Sequence record: NC_049438.1
DNA from: Acinetobacter phage vB_ApiM_fHyAci03
Length of the DNA stretch: 64,000 bases
Strand: one strand, 5' to 3'
Shown here: piece after piece, positions 28,654 to 38,165 of the stretch
Layout: the number at the start of each line of letters is the position of its first letter
Numbering within the stretch: position 1 is the stretch's first letter
Program-made: the position numbers and the translations under genes
Notes under the pieces: model-generated
Told to the model about the DNA's origin: nothing
The model's input: only the letters and a program-made list of their open reading frames with translations
The model's database searches: none

Positions 28654-29313
28654 TCACACTTCATCAGAAATTAAAACTGAATTTGGCAAAATATGTGCTA
28701 AATAGTGTAAACGAACTTCATGCAAATCCTCAACTTGGATATGGTCAAACTTTGGACGAGGGCGTGGACCTCTACATAAATGATAGCGTGGAATTGAATC
28801 ATCAATTGATGCACAGGCGTCAAGATTTTCTGCTAAGTCATCGATAAACATCACTGCATTGTATTGTTCAATTGCTTTACATAAGATTCCGCGTTTTGAT
28901 TCTCCTGGACCACAAACAAGAATATCTTTGAAAGCACCTGGAAATAATGCGTTGAGATTGAATGCACGATTCATGATTGTTTCTTTGTCTGTACCAAGAG
29001 CAGTTACTGCAACGAAATCCCAGTGTTGTTTCATTTCGTTGATCATTTCTAATGCATCATCATAAGGCGCAAGATACTTAATAAATTTGGACTTGTTGTA
29101 GTCCTTTAAAAATGTCATTGAAACTTCACGACTCATGCCAAATAGTTCTTCTGGGCTAATGAAAGCTTCATCTATCATCATATCAAGTGCACGTTGAGCT
29201 GGGATGTTATGCTTTGCCATATAATATGGCAGCCCGGATTGCCATTTAACACATACGCCATCAACATCAATTAATACCACTGGGCGTTTAGATTCATCAC
29301 GATTAAAATTCAT
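28654..29313 (-). CDS. HAD-superfamily phosphatase, probable 5'(3')-deoxyribonucleotidase
   Basis: 219 aa. HAD motif I VLIDVDGV near the N-terminus and a C-terminal DD motif. Typical phage NT5C-like architecture. Confidence 0.6.
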   Translation of the reverse strand: MNFNRDESKRPVVLIDVDGVCVKWQSGLPYYMAKHNIPAQRALDMMIDEAFISPEELFGMSREVSMTFLKDYNKSKFIKYLAPYDDALEMINEMKQHWDFVAVTALGTDKETIMNRAFNLNALFPGAFKDILVCGPGESKRGILCKAIEQYNAVMFIDDLAENLDACASIDDSIPRYHLCRGPRPRPKFDHIQVEDLHEVRLHYLAHILPNSVLISDEV

Positions 29314-29314
29314 T

Positions 29315-29797
29315 TCATTTGCCTGAATAAGTAAGTTCTAGATAAGGAGTGTATTCATCACGAATCCTGTTCAGAATTCCGATAAATTCTGCTTCGGTAA
29401 GAATAGTATCAAATGGATCTGATTTCCCAATTGAATGTTTTAAAGTTTTGCCAATAGTTTTGTACAAAGCTTCTTGGTAGTTTACATTTTGCGCAAAACA
29501 ATGCATGTATGCTTTGTACAATAGTTCTTGATAAAATTCCGAGTGCCTATCAAATGGTTTACCTTGCCAATATAATGTTTGATTCTTAATTGCGCAATCA
29601 CGACCTGCTTTCTTCGCAGGAATTCCATGCATTGCAAAGATTTCTTTTTGGCGTTCAGGATTGCTCTCTCGTAATCCCTGCAAGAACCCTTCAGTTGAAC
29701 CAAAGAACATATCATCCATTATAAAAGGATTTTGTGTTAAGTTGCTGAGTTGTCCTGCTGGACCAGGCAATCTAAAGTATATATCTACAATATCCAT
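29315..29797 (-). CDS. Hypothetical protein (position and size consistent with a T4 30.3-like protein)
   Basis: 160-aa ORF directly downstream of the nucleotidase gene. Confidence 0.45.
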   Translation of the reverse strand: MDIVDIYFRLPGPAGQLSNLTQNPFIMDDMFFGSTEGFLQGLRESNPERQKEIFAMHGIPAKKAGRDCAIKNQTLYWQGKPFDRHSEFYQELLYKAYMHCFAQNVNYQEALYKTIGKTLKHSIGKSDPFDTILTEAEFIGILNRIRDEYTPYLELTYSGK

Positions 29798-29859
29798 AAC
29801 AATCTCATGTTATTTTGATAGATTAATTATACCACATATCGAGGAGGATGTAAACACCA

Positions 29860-29883
29860 CAAAGGGCACAATGTGCCCTTTTT
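29860..29883. terminator. Terminator-like hairpin
   Basis: AAAGGGCACA-ATG-TGCCCTTTTT. Confidence 0.45.
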
Positions 29884-29885
29884 AT

Positions 29886-30122
29886 TTAAAGCTCCGTATG
29901 AATTTTATTATCAATTTCTTGGACTTTTGCAAGTAAATGAGAAACTAAAATACCGATATCTGTATAAACTCGTTTCTCATTAGGAGTTTTTACCGTTTTT
30001 TGCTCTTGACTAACATCTCGCAAAAATGATTCAATCGATTTTCTAAGATTTGCACTTTTGCTAACTAAAGTAGATTCATTTAATTGTTCTGATTCTACTA
30101 CAATTTGTTTAAATGATTTCAT
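29886..30122 (-). CDS. Hypothetical protein
   Basis: 78-aa ORF. ATGA-style coupling with the upstream gene. Confidence 0.4.
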   Translation of the reverse strand: MKSFKQIVVESEQLNESTLVSKSANLRKSIESFLRDVSQEQKTVKTPNEKRVYTDIGILVSHLLAKVQEIDNKIHTEL

Positions 30123-30442
30123 TATAATGATCCAATGTATGTTGCTGATTGTTCTGGGATATGAATTGATACCCAGAGTTTACGATATAATTCTACTGAT
30201 TCAAAATGTACTTCATTTGCATTTTCTTTGTGTGCATACTGAAATAATTCAGGATCATTGCGTAAAATAAAACTTCCTTCTAATTCAGAGCCGTCTGAAA
30301 TAATAACAGTTTCACCTGGTTGGCGTGTTTGATTCATTTCAACAAACACATAATCCTTTGGCCCTAATTTTCTAGGCGTCTCAAGAGTAGTGTTATAGCC
30401 TGCATCTTGGCTATCTTCTTTAATTTGTTGATATGTTTTCAT
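30122..30442 (-). CDS. Hypothetical protein
   Basis: 106-aa ORF. Confidence 0.45.
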   Translation of the reverse strand: MKTYQQIKEDSQDAGYNTTLETPRKLGPKDYVFVEMNQTRQPGETVIISDGSELEGSFILRNDPELFQYAHKENANEVHFESVELYRKLWVSIHIPEQSATYIGSL

Positions 30443-30451
30443 TTGGCTTCC

Positions 30452-30724
30452 TTATTTTAACGTTACCACTAAACGCCGAACTTCTTTGTTTGCACGCGAG
30501 CATAAGGGCTTAGCGTACTTAATCGAATCAATTTGATTGATAGATTCTAATAAGCGTTTTTGTGCAGGGTTGAGATGATTGAACCGATCTAAAATGGCTT
30601 TTGCTGCACCTAAGATGTCAAGCTCTGTGCCATAATTTTCATGTCCTTTATTCCAGGCTTCTCGTTGAATCATCAATATTTTTCTGATGTCCATGTTTTT
30701 CTCGTTTATTAATAATGTTAACAA
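30452..30724 (-). CDS. Hypothetical protein
   Basis: 90-aa ORF. Confidence 0.4.
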   Translation of the reverse strand: MLTLLINEKNMDIRKILMIQREAWNKGHENYGTELDILGAAKAILDRFNHLNPAQKRLLESINQIDSIKYAKPLCSRANKEVRRLVVTLK

Positions 30725-30770
30725 TATTTATAAACGCGAATGGCATGCTTAGCATGCCATTTTTAATGAA

Positions 30771-31100
30771 TTAAAGATTTTTATATACACACGCAATATT
30801 ACTAAAGTGTGTAGTTATATACTTGTCATCGCGATCTTTAGCTTCGCAAATACCTGCAACAACATCAGGATGAGGTACATTTAATTTTTCGCCTAATGGA
30901 AATGGCGTCTTGTCACCAATTTCAAATAATCCAAATGGAACTGTAGGCCCAATAGCAAAGATTTCACACATATTAGGGATTTCACTTTCTTGCTTTGGAG
31001 GCAAAATAATACCTGATGCAGTTTTTTGTGCTGCACCTGCAGATTTAGCGACAGCTTTAAGAATTACATTACTTCCGAGTGCTACGATTTGTCCAGCCAT
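30771..31100 (-). CDS. 31: Head assembly co-chaperonin gp31 (GroES analogue)
   Basis: 109 aa (T4 gp31 is 111 aa). Shared blocks SGIILP, NVPHPDV, and a C-terminal ...CVYKNL comparable to T4 CLYK. Confidence 0.85.
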   Translation of the reverse strand: MAGQIVALGSNVILKAVAKSAGAAQKTASGIILPPKQESEIPNMCEIFAIGPTVPFGLFEIGDKTPFPLGEKLNVPHPDVVAGICEAKDRDDKYITTHFSNIACVYKNL

Positions 31101-31441
31101 TAGATTGTTTCCTCTTCAAGATTAATTTGAGCATGTTTTAATAACGTATTGATATTTATACCATCGATGCCAATCAAGTTGTCCAATTTGAATGAGCGCC
31201 AACCAGAGGATGTTTTATCGAATACTGAAATTGCTTCAACACTCGTACGGGATGAGGGTTTGTACCCGTAGCATTCAGAACCTAATTCTTCCGTAAGAAC
31301 TGCAGAATCTAGTGTACCTTGCAATACTCGAATATCACCATTGACCTTTTGAAAAACGATTTCATGTGTACCAGAACGAAGCAATGTTGATAAGTAAGAA
31401 TGAAGTTTTGTATAACCGTGTTTAGTTAAATTTAAACTCAT
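31100..31441 (-). CDS. Hypothetical protein (31.1 position)
   Basis: 113-aa ORF between cd and gene 31. Confidence 0.45.
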   Translation of the reverse strand: MSLNLTKHGYTKLHSYLSTLLRSGTHEIVFQKVNGDIRVLQGTLDSAVLTEELGSECYGYKPSSRTSVEAISVFDKTSSGWRSFKLDNLIGIDGININTLLKHAQINLEEETI

Positions 31442-31989
31442 TGTTCAACTCCATAGTTAGTAATATTTGACCAATCGAGATTTTTTAACGATTGTTTGTT
31501 GATTTGAAATACATTGATTCCTGCCGCTTCGAGAATTTTTTCCCAGCCTGGCAAGTTTCTATCATATGTCTCTGAGTAGACCAATTGTTTAATGCCACTA
31601 TTGGCAATAGCTTTTGCGCAATCTGGACACGGGCTAAGAGTGACGTACATTGTAGCACCGTCAATCGACGTGCCATTTTTTGCTGCATATAATATTGCAT
31701 TAAGTTCTGCATGGATTTCATTAACTTTGGACCATTCTGAGTGAGCGTTCCGACATTCGGCTTTGAGAAGTACTTTGTTGATGTGTGGAGGTTTCGGATT
31801 GTATTGGTTAATTGTCCATCCTTCTTGTTCGGCATGATCACAGCAATTTACTCCTCCGGCTGGTGAACCGTTATACCCAGTTGAAATAATACGTCCATTT
31901 TTGGCAATAACTGCGCCAACCTTCCAAGACATACATTTTGATTCTTGTGAAACTAAATATGCGATTTGCATAAACGTAGATGATTTCAT
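31438..31989 (-). CDS. cd: dCMP deaminase
   Basis: 183 aa. Zinc-binding deaminase motifs HAELNAI and SPCPDCAKAI. Position next to gene 31 as in T4. Confidence 0.9.
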   Translation of the reverse strand: MKSSTFMQIAYLVSQESKCMSWKVGAVIAKNGRIISTGYNGSPAGGVNCCDHAEQEGWTINQYNPKPPHINKVLLKAECRNAHSEWSKVNEIHAELNAILYAAKNGTSIDGATMYVTLSPCPDCAKAIANSGIKQLVYSETYDRNLPGWEKILEAAGINVFQINKQSLKNLDWSNITNYGVEQ

Positions 31990-32072
31990 TTCATTACCTC
32001 ATAGAATAAGGCTATTATATTTCAAATAGCCTCATAGAATAAGGCTATTATATTTCAAATAGCCTTATAGCT

Positions 32073-32387
32073 TCATCCAATACACAAATAACGAGAATTA
32101 CGTGTTTCGACTAATGTGAATTCACTGTCGATAGATGAAACTGATTTAACTATTGATGTACGAATCATGTCGCCATCATCAAAGCGTTCATGTTTATCAA
32201 AGAAGATTCGACCGCCAAACGAGAAGCCAGGCACAACCAAGATTAAGCCAGTACAGTCATGCTCTTTAATGAATTTTTCAGCACGCCCATCAGCTTTAAG
32301 TAAATCGATCATTTCATCGACACTTGATTTAGAAGGCACTTGGTTTAAGGTAACATCAATTGCTTTTAATTTTTGATAAAGGTTCAT
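32073..32387 (-). CDS. Hypothetical protein
   Basis: 104-aa ORF. Confidence 0.45.
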   Translation of the reverse strand: MNLYQKLKAIDVTLNQVPSKSSVDEMIDLLKADGRAEKFIKEHDCTGLILVVPGFSFGGRIFFDKHERFDDGDMIRTSIVKSVSSIDSEFTLVETRNSRYLCIG

Positions 32388-32911
32388 TGTATTTCCTCAA
32401 CGTGGTGTACGTAATATTGTCCAGCAGAAGCTACAAGAAACTTCTTGATTGCTTCTACTGCTGAAGTTGCATAAAATTCATCTTGTGGTGGATATTTTAG
32501 TTTAGTGTCATGAGTGTACCAAATTTGGTATTTTTTAATATATCCAAAATGAATTAAAGCATCACGATTATATTTGCCAAATGTGCCTTCCATTAGCTTA
32601 TCTGCAGTAACCCATTCCACTAAACCTGTTTCAGATTCAGCTAAAGGCTGATAAGGTTTCATGCTTGATGGAATTGCATGAAATGTGCTAACTTCAAATT
32701 CACCATCAATTGCAATGTATGGGTCACTTAAATCAAGAACTGTAGGCCAGATGCCGGTCTCTTCAAGGCATTCACGTTTAGCACCTTCAACAATTGTTTC
32801 GCCTAAATTGACTTTACCGCCTGGTAAACCAAAATCAGTTAGGTCATCTTTGCGACTTACTGCAAGGAATTTTCCATTATTTTCAATAAGTACACATGCT
32901 GCATAACGCAT
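32384..32911 (-). CDS. Nudix hydrolase
   Basis: Nudix box GLPGGKVNLGETIVEGAKRECLEETGI. Start placed at MRYAACV (ATG at 32909-32911) to avoid a 200-nt overlap with pseT. The track ORF extends to 33112. Confidence 0.8.
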   Translation of the reverse strand: MRYAACVLIENNGKFLAVSRKDDLTDFGLPGGKVNLGETIVEGAKRECLEETGIWPTVLDLSDPYIAIDGEFEVSTFHAIPSSMKPYQPLAESETGLVEWVTADKLMEGTFGKYNRDALIHFGYIKKYQIWYTHDTKLKYPPQDEFYATSAVEAIKKFLVASAGQYYVHHVEEIQ

Positions 32912-32912
32912 A

Positions 32913-33845
32913 TCAAAACTCTCCGAAGTTAACTTGACAACAATTGACACCAATTCGTCGCCATAACTCACAGACTCTGTCGCGATCGTCAAAGGCGCAT
33001 TCAACGTTATAGTTGTCCGCAATATGAGTCCAGAAGATTTCTTCCTTAGTGACATCATCTTTGCGTCGATCATCATGAGCTCGCATATATAAATTGTCCC
33101 ATGGGATAGCATTATACGACAACCAATCCGCAGTCATGTTATAGTACTTTAGATTATCATCTTTAGTACCAGAGTTACGTCCGGATACACACAAAATTTT
33201 GTACCCATTTTGTTTGTACATTTTAAGAATATTGACCACGAATTCTACTGGAGTATCTTTATCGAGTTTCCAGTATGCAAATGCATCACGATGATCGTTA
33301 TTAGCTAATGTGCCATCAAGATCAAAAATGACTGCCTTTGGTAATTCAGGATTTGGCACATATTGACGGTGCTTTCCTAAGTACTTTTGCATACGTAAAT
33401 ACATGTCACGAAGTACTGGTTTTGGAACGGCTTTGTTGCCACGCGTCAAATTACGTTTTTCGAGTTCTACCCATGGCACATCAAATGGCATTTCTTCATA
33501 TGTGATTTTGCCATCATGGTGCTCTTGTTCTTTAATCAAGAAATTATAAATTGACTTGCGTGTTGATTCATTCAGGTTTGTATCTGCGATAATGATACGA
33601 TCTGTAACTTTGTCAGCTAATGCAAGTTTTAAAGTGTGCATTAAGGATTGAGTTACTAATGCTTCGTTTTCACGAGAGTATTTGTATTTGCCACCAAATA
33701 GTAATGCTCGCATATCATCACGTGTTAATGTGATAGTTTTATTACCCTTTCGAGACTTTTCGACTTGTTCTAGGGCCCAAGTAGATTTGCCAGAGCCAGG
33801 TGCTCCTACTGTAAGAATTACTTTCTTATCCATCATTTGCTCCAT
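32913..33845 (-). CDS. pseT: Polynucleotide 5'-kinase / 3'-phosphatase
   Basis: 310 aa. P-loop ILTVGAPGSGKSTWA, HAD phosphatase motif VIFDLDGTLA, and the C-terminal ...WRRIGVNCCQVNFGEF as in T4 Pnk. Confidence 0.95.
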   Translation of the reverse strand: MEQMMDKKVILTVGAPGSGKSTWALEQVEKSRKGNKTITLTRDDMRALLFGGKYKYSRENEALVTQSLMHTLKLALADKVTDRIIIADTNLNESTRKSIYNFLIKEQEHHDGKITYEEMPFDVPWVELEKRNLTRGNKAVPKPVLRDMYLRMQKYLGKHRQYVPNPELPKAVIFDLDGTLANNDHRDAFAYWKLDKDTPVEFVVNILKMYKQNGYKILCVSGRNSGTKDDNLKYYNMTADWLSYNAIPWDNLYMRAHDDRRKDDVTKEEIFWTHIADNYNVECAFDDRDRVCELWRRIGVNCCQVNFGEF

Positions 33846-34132
33846 TCAATACATAAAAGGCCTCGAGAAAGGTATGCAGAATACCCAAGTGCTTGAAGTT
33901 GTCGTGTAACTTCATTTTGAACATCGAGAGGAGTGTTTTGTGATATTTCAGGAATGTTTTTTGATGCACAAACAATCACATTGTAATTGCAAACAGATTC
34001 ACCCTGTCGAGCACGAAATTCTATACACTTATCGATATTTTCCATGGTTAACGCAGCAAGCTTTTTGAGTTCTGCTTCTTTAGCCACCAGTGCAGCATTT
34101 GTTACAGCTTTGCGTTCTTTGGCGGTAATCAT
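33833..34132 (-). CDS. Hypothetical protein
   Basis: 99-aa ORF. Confidence 0.4.
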   Translation of the reverse strand: MITAKERKAVTNAALVAKEAELKKLAALTMENIDKCIEFRARQGESVCNYNVIVCASKNIPEISQNTPLDVQNEVTRQLQALGYSAYLSRGLLCIEWSK

Positions 34133-34213
34133 TTTGATTTCCTCATTTGATGATGTGATAATTATATCACAAACTATTGCTCATGTAAAACTTTCTTGCG
34201 AAATTAATTGATG

Positions 34214-34534
34214 TTACCATGACACTTTGATCTGGCGATATTCTTCATCTATTTGGATTTCATAACCATCCATATCAAACTTTTTGAGGAAATATGAACG
34301 ACGTTTTGCAGATAGTTCACGTTGTTTATCTGTGAGTTCGGTTAGACTTTCAACCGTTTCAAAAACATACTCAGGTAAAGCAGATTCCTTTATGATTGAA
34401 TAGCTCTTACCGTTGTAAGCATCGGTGTAAATACACTCTTTAATCAACTCGTAGTAATCATGATTCACAATAGAGTATAAATTAACTGGGTCCCAATACG
34501 AGTCACGAAGAGCTCGAATTTCAGCAATTTTCAT
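34214..34534 (-). CDS. Hypothetical protein
   Basis: 106-aa ORF. Confidence 0.4.
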   Translation of the reverse strand: MKIAEIRALRDSYWDPVNLYSIVNHDYYELIKECIYTDAYNGKSYSIIKESALPEYVFETVESLTELTDKQRELSAKRRSYFLKKFDMDGYEIQIDEEYRQIKVSW

Positions 34535-34728
34535 TATTTAGTTCTCATACAGTTGTATTTTGCTTTTGATACAAACCGAACAGTATTTTCTTCTTTAAAC
34601 TGTTCACCTGCAACCTGACACATTTGAATAGATTTAAATCCTTCGATTCGTGTGACTACCTTGTCATCAGTGAACCAGCCGAATGTGGTCAATACTAAAA
34701 CTAATGTGTACATATCAGTTACCTGCAA
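34534..34728 (-). CDS. Hypothetical small protein with a hydrophobic N-terminus
   Basis: 64-aa ORF. Confidence 0.3.
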   Translation of the reverse strand: MQVTDMYTLVLVLTTFGWFTDDKVVTRIEGFKSIQMCQVAGEQFKEENTVRFVSKAKYNCMRTK

Positions 34729-35251
34729 GTAATTCGATTAATTGAGCGGCTTCTTCAAGATCAAGATTGTTAAATAGTGCATGGCGTGGTGAAGTTGACT
34801 GGCGAGCTTCTCGTTCAGCGAGTTGAACAATTTCGTCAAACGTTAAATCTTTATGTGTTACCCCAAGGCGAATTTTAGGAGTTGCTCCACAAATAATATA
34901 GAACTTTGACCCGTTTAAATGAACATTAGGCTGTGTTTCATTGATGAACACATGTGCATTCTTAAGGCGGTCTTCAAAGAAGCGTTTAGTTTCACGAATG
35001 TTATCATTCAGCATTAATGAGTCATGGAATTTTTTACGTTCCTTTTTATCGGCTAGAGCTTGACGTTTCAGGACCTCTTTACGCAAGTCTGAAAAATAAC
35101 CAACTCGTTTACCATTTTTCAGCACACTGCACCAGTCTTTGTCATCTCCAAACATTTCAACCAAAACTTCTGGCGTTAATGTGTGTACTGTATGTTTCAT
35201 AATATTCTCCTCATATGCGATATTTGATATGACTATTATACCAATAGTCAT
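34715..35251 (-). CDS. Hypothetical protein (occupies the alc-like position between pseT and rnlA; identity not established)
   Basis: 178-aa ORF. Confidence 0.4.
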   Translation of the reverse strand: MTIGIIVISNIAYEENIMKHTVHTLTPEVLVEMFGDDKDWCSVLKNGKRVGYFSDLRKEVLKRQALADKKERKKFHDSLMLNDNIRETKRFFEDRLKNAHVFINETQPNVHLNGSKFYIICGATPKIRLGVTHKDLTFDEIVQLAEREARQSTSPRHALFNNLDLEEAAQLIELLAGN

Positions 35252-35263
35252 ATCAATTGTAAA

Positions 35264-35539
35264 CTACTTTATCCAAAAATTTATTGCAATTTTCTCAAAG
35301 CCATTAAACTTCAAATTTTTGCATTGGCGTATGATTGGCAACGGATTTTTAATACGATTGAGTTCATTTGAAACTCTATAAAATTCCATCGTCTTGCAAA
35401 AGACCTCATATTTGAGCTTTCTGATAAGTGCACGTTGCCTATTTACTCGCTTCATATAAAAGATTAATGCAACAACAAGTAGTATTACTAGGCCAAGCAT
35501 ATTAATTACCTGAGAACTCTGGGACTTTGAATCGATCAC
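35264..35539 (-). CDS. Hypothetical single-pass membrane protein
   Basis: 91 aa. Hydrophobic segment LGLVILLVVALIFYM. Confidence 0.4.
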   Translation of the reverse strand: MIDSKSQSSQVINMLGLVILLVVALIFYMKRVNRQRALIRKLKYEVFCKTMEFYRVSNELNRIKNPLPIIRQCKNLKFNGFEKIAINFWIK

Positions 35540-36648
35540 AGTTCTTTAAAAAACACTTTATTGATCTCTTTAACTAGATCATCTTGTGACATGTTACCAC
35601 CAAATTGTTGCATAGAGATTCCAAATAATTCAGGCTTAGCTAGTGATTGGAAATATGCTTGAGATGTGATTGCATAGGTTTTACGATCTGAGCCCGCATG
35701 AATTTTATTAAATGAATTAAGTTCCTGCAATGACTCGCGTAAGTAATCAAAGAAGATTTTCTCATATGCCTCTATTTTATTTCGAGAGTAATCGTCTTCA
35801 AATAATGATTTCAAATCATCTGAACCACCATCGACAATTACTGCAAATAAGTCTTTATCATTATTGATGGTATCCTTTACACGATGTAGATTAGAGTACC
35901 AAGCAGTCTTGAGCTTGAATGTCAATCCATCTTCCATCACGAATACATAACCTTCAATGTCTTCTGATGCACGAATCTCTTCTACCATCACTGAACGATC
36001 GACTGTATCTGATAAAGGAAAGCTTTCAACGACATAACGACGAAGAACTGGATCACGAATCAATTCACTGTATGGCACATATTCGCCGGTTTCATTATTT
36101 CGTACATTGAGCAAGATGAGTGCACGTTCAGGATATGCAATAACAATACGGTTGCCAGGTGAAACATACTCAAAGTTGCAAGTGAAGCCTTCATTTGCTA
36201 GCTCAAGACAACGATTATGTAAATCAACATGGTCAATGTTGGATAATAACATTTGAGCTTCAATTGCTTGTGTAGAGAAAATCGATGTCTTAGATTTAGT
36301 ACGTAAATATCCTTTGTCAACATATGTAGAGATTAATGAACCATCAGCTTTGACCATGCCGTATGCAATTTTGTTTAAATCTAAGTTCTGAGTAAATGGG
36401 GTTTCATCTAAATTAAAGAACTTCTGCATTGGCCGTGCCATAATGCAGACCGGTTTGTCGCCATCCATTTCGAACATTATACCACGACACTCTAAAGCAT
36501 CATCTTGTAACCAATCGGTGTATGACGCATAGTTGTATGAAAAAATACGGACTTGAGTACCCATATTAGTAGTAAAATCTTTGTAAAAAAATTTTGAGAA
36601 ATCATTTGGGTCTACTAACGCCATAAGATTTTCGAAAAGTTGTTCCAT
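35536..36648 (-). CDS. rnlA: RNA ligase 1 (gp63, tail fiber attachment)
   Basis: 370 aa. Extensive identity with T4 RnlA (RIFSYNYASYTDWLQDDALECRGIMFEMDG, KADGSL lysine nucleotidyltransferase motif). Confidence 0.95.
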   Translation of the reverse strand: MEQLFENLMALVDPNDFSKFFYKDFTTNMGTQVRIFSYNYASYTDWLQDDALECRGIMFEMDGDKPVCIMARPMQKFFNLDETPFTQNLDLNKIAYGMVKADGSLISTYVDKGYLRTKSKTSIFSTQAIEAQMLLSNIDHVDLHNRCLELANEGFTCNFEYVSPGNRIVIAYPERALILLNVRNNETGEYVPYSELIRDPVLRRYVVESFPLSDTVDRSVMVEEIRASEDIEGYVFVMEDGLTFKLKTAWYSNLHRVKDTINNDKDLFAVIVDGGSDDLKSLFEDDYSRNKIEAYEKIFFDYLRESLQELNSFNKIHAGSDRKTYAITSQAYFQSLAKPELFGISMQQFGGNMSQDDLVKEINKVFFKEL

Positions 36649-36699
36649 GGTAATCTCCTAATTTATAGAATTCATTATAAACAACAATTGTTATAGCAC

Positions 36700-36950
36700 A
36701 TTCTGTTGTAAGTGGCGAGCCACGTTTCTGTTTTCTTTAGACAAAAAGAAAGGAGCATATCAGCTCCTCAAAATCCATCAGCATCATCAGTCAGACTGGT
36801 CCGGTCCCCGGACCAGATAACCAACGTTAATAACAAATAACGTTGTTATTTATAACTTTTTTTCGATTGACTTCCAAATCGAATCTCAAATATCAATAAC
36901 TTATAAAGGTTCGGTTACAAAAATATCTAAAAAATTGTAACCGAATTTTA
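36700..36950. other. 300-bp non-coding, hairpin-rich spacer between nrdB and rnlA
   Basis: Stem-loops GTGGCGAGCCAC, GGAGC-ATATCA-GCTCC (followed by a T-run on the - strand), CTGGTCCGG-TCC-CCGGACCAG (9-bp GC stem), AACGTTA-ATAACAAA-TAACGTT plus a T-run, and TTCGGTTACA-16nt-TGTAACCGAA plus TTTT. Confidence 0.4.
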
Positions 36951-36954
36951 ATAA

Positions 36955-38106
36955 TTATTTACGTTTTGGCAAATACTTATCACGGAATTGAGCAATAACA
37001 TTATCATCAACATCATTGTCAATTTGAGAGATTAAGTATGAACTTAATTCTGCTTCTTGTTTAGCAACTTGAACTGAAGAAGCTTTTAAGTATTTGTTGA
37101 TCCATGGAAGTGGGTGCCGTTTAGGGCGTTCAATTGGGCATGTTAAACCGACGTTATTCATTGATGGTACTAATTGATAATCAATGAAGTCCCAAACTAA
37201 TTCAACTGTCAAGCCATCTGGGCATCCATTACGATAAACATACTGAGCCCAAGCACGTTCTTGTGCACGAACTTCCATGAATAATTCTTCGGCTTCTTCT
37301 TTACATTCAAGCGCAATTTCACGCCATTCTGTGCCATCGATGCCTTTATTCATTTGTTGAAGAATATATCGTGTACCTTGATGGTGCAAGTTTTCATCTC
37401 GTGCAATGAACTGCATGATTTTCATGTTACCTTCCATGATTTTCATATTTTCAAAGAAGTTCCATGTAGAGATGAATGAAACATAGAAACGAATAGCTTC
37501 TAAAGCATTAATTGCATGTAAACACATATACAATGCTTTTTTAACTTCACGTAATTGTTCTTTGGTTTCGACACCACGAATTTTATCAGCTTGATATAAA
37601 ATTACTAATTCATGCAATTTATCATATCGTTCACAAATCGCTGTAGCACGAGCCATAATTTCTTTATTAGCAACAACACCGTCAAAGATTTTAGAAGGAT
37701 CAGAGTACAAATTACGAATAATATGAGTATATGAACGAGAGTGAATTGTTTCACTGAATGTCCATGTCATAATCCATGTTTCTAATGCAACATCAGAACA
37801 TATTGATGCTAAAACAATCGCAGGTGCTCTTCCTTGTACCGAATCCATAAGGATTTGATAACCTAAATTGTTTGTAAAGATTTCTTGCAGGTAACCTCTG
37901 CCAGTCTCCCAGAGTTTATCAAATTGCGCTTTGTCAGTGGTTAGATTTACCTCTTCAGGGCGCCAGAAAAATGAGAGTTGCTTTGTGGTTAGCTCTTCAA
38001 ATTTTTCATGTTTAACTTCTTCGTAACGTGCTACGCCAGTGTCTTCGCCAAAGAACATCGGCTGAATCATATGATTTGCTAATTGGTTAAAAACAGTATT
38101 GCTCAT
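36955..38106 (-). CDS. nrdB: Ribonucleotide reductase class Ia beta subunit (uninterrupted, no intron)
   Basis: 383 aa (T4 NrdB is 388 aa). Di-iron ligand motifs, continuous ORF. Confidence 0.95.
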   Translation of the reverse strand: MSNTVFNQLANHMIQPMFFGEDTGVARYEEVKHEKFEELTTKQLSFFWRPEEVNLTTDKAQFDKLWETGRGYLQEIFTNNLGYQILMDSVQGRAPAIVLASICSDVALETWIMTWTFSETIHSRSYTHIIRNLYSDPSKIFDGVVANKEIMARATAICERYDKLHELVILYQADKIRGVETKEQLREVKKALYMCLHAINALEAIRFYVSFISTWNFFENMKIMEGNMKIMQFIARDENLHHQGTRYILQQMNKGIDGTEWREIALECKEEAEELFMEVRAQERAWAQYVYRNGCPDGLTVELVWDFIDYQLVPSMNNVGLTCPIERPKRHPLPWINKYLKASSVQVAKQEAELSSYLISQIDNDVDDNVIAQFRDKYLPKRK

Positions 38107-38165
38107 TTAAAATTCCTTGAATATGTGGACCTCGTAAGAGGTCCAGGTTAATATCATATCACAAA

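Noticed and set aside
36797-36817. 9-bp all-GC hairpin CTGGTCCGGTCCCCGGACCAG considered as a tRNA fragment or attachment site
   Set aside because: No cloverleaf can be built from the flanking sequence. No integrase or lysogeny genes exist in the window. It is better explained as part of the structured nrdB-rnlA spacer.
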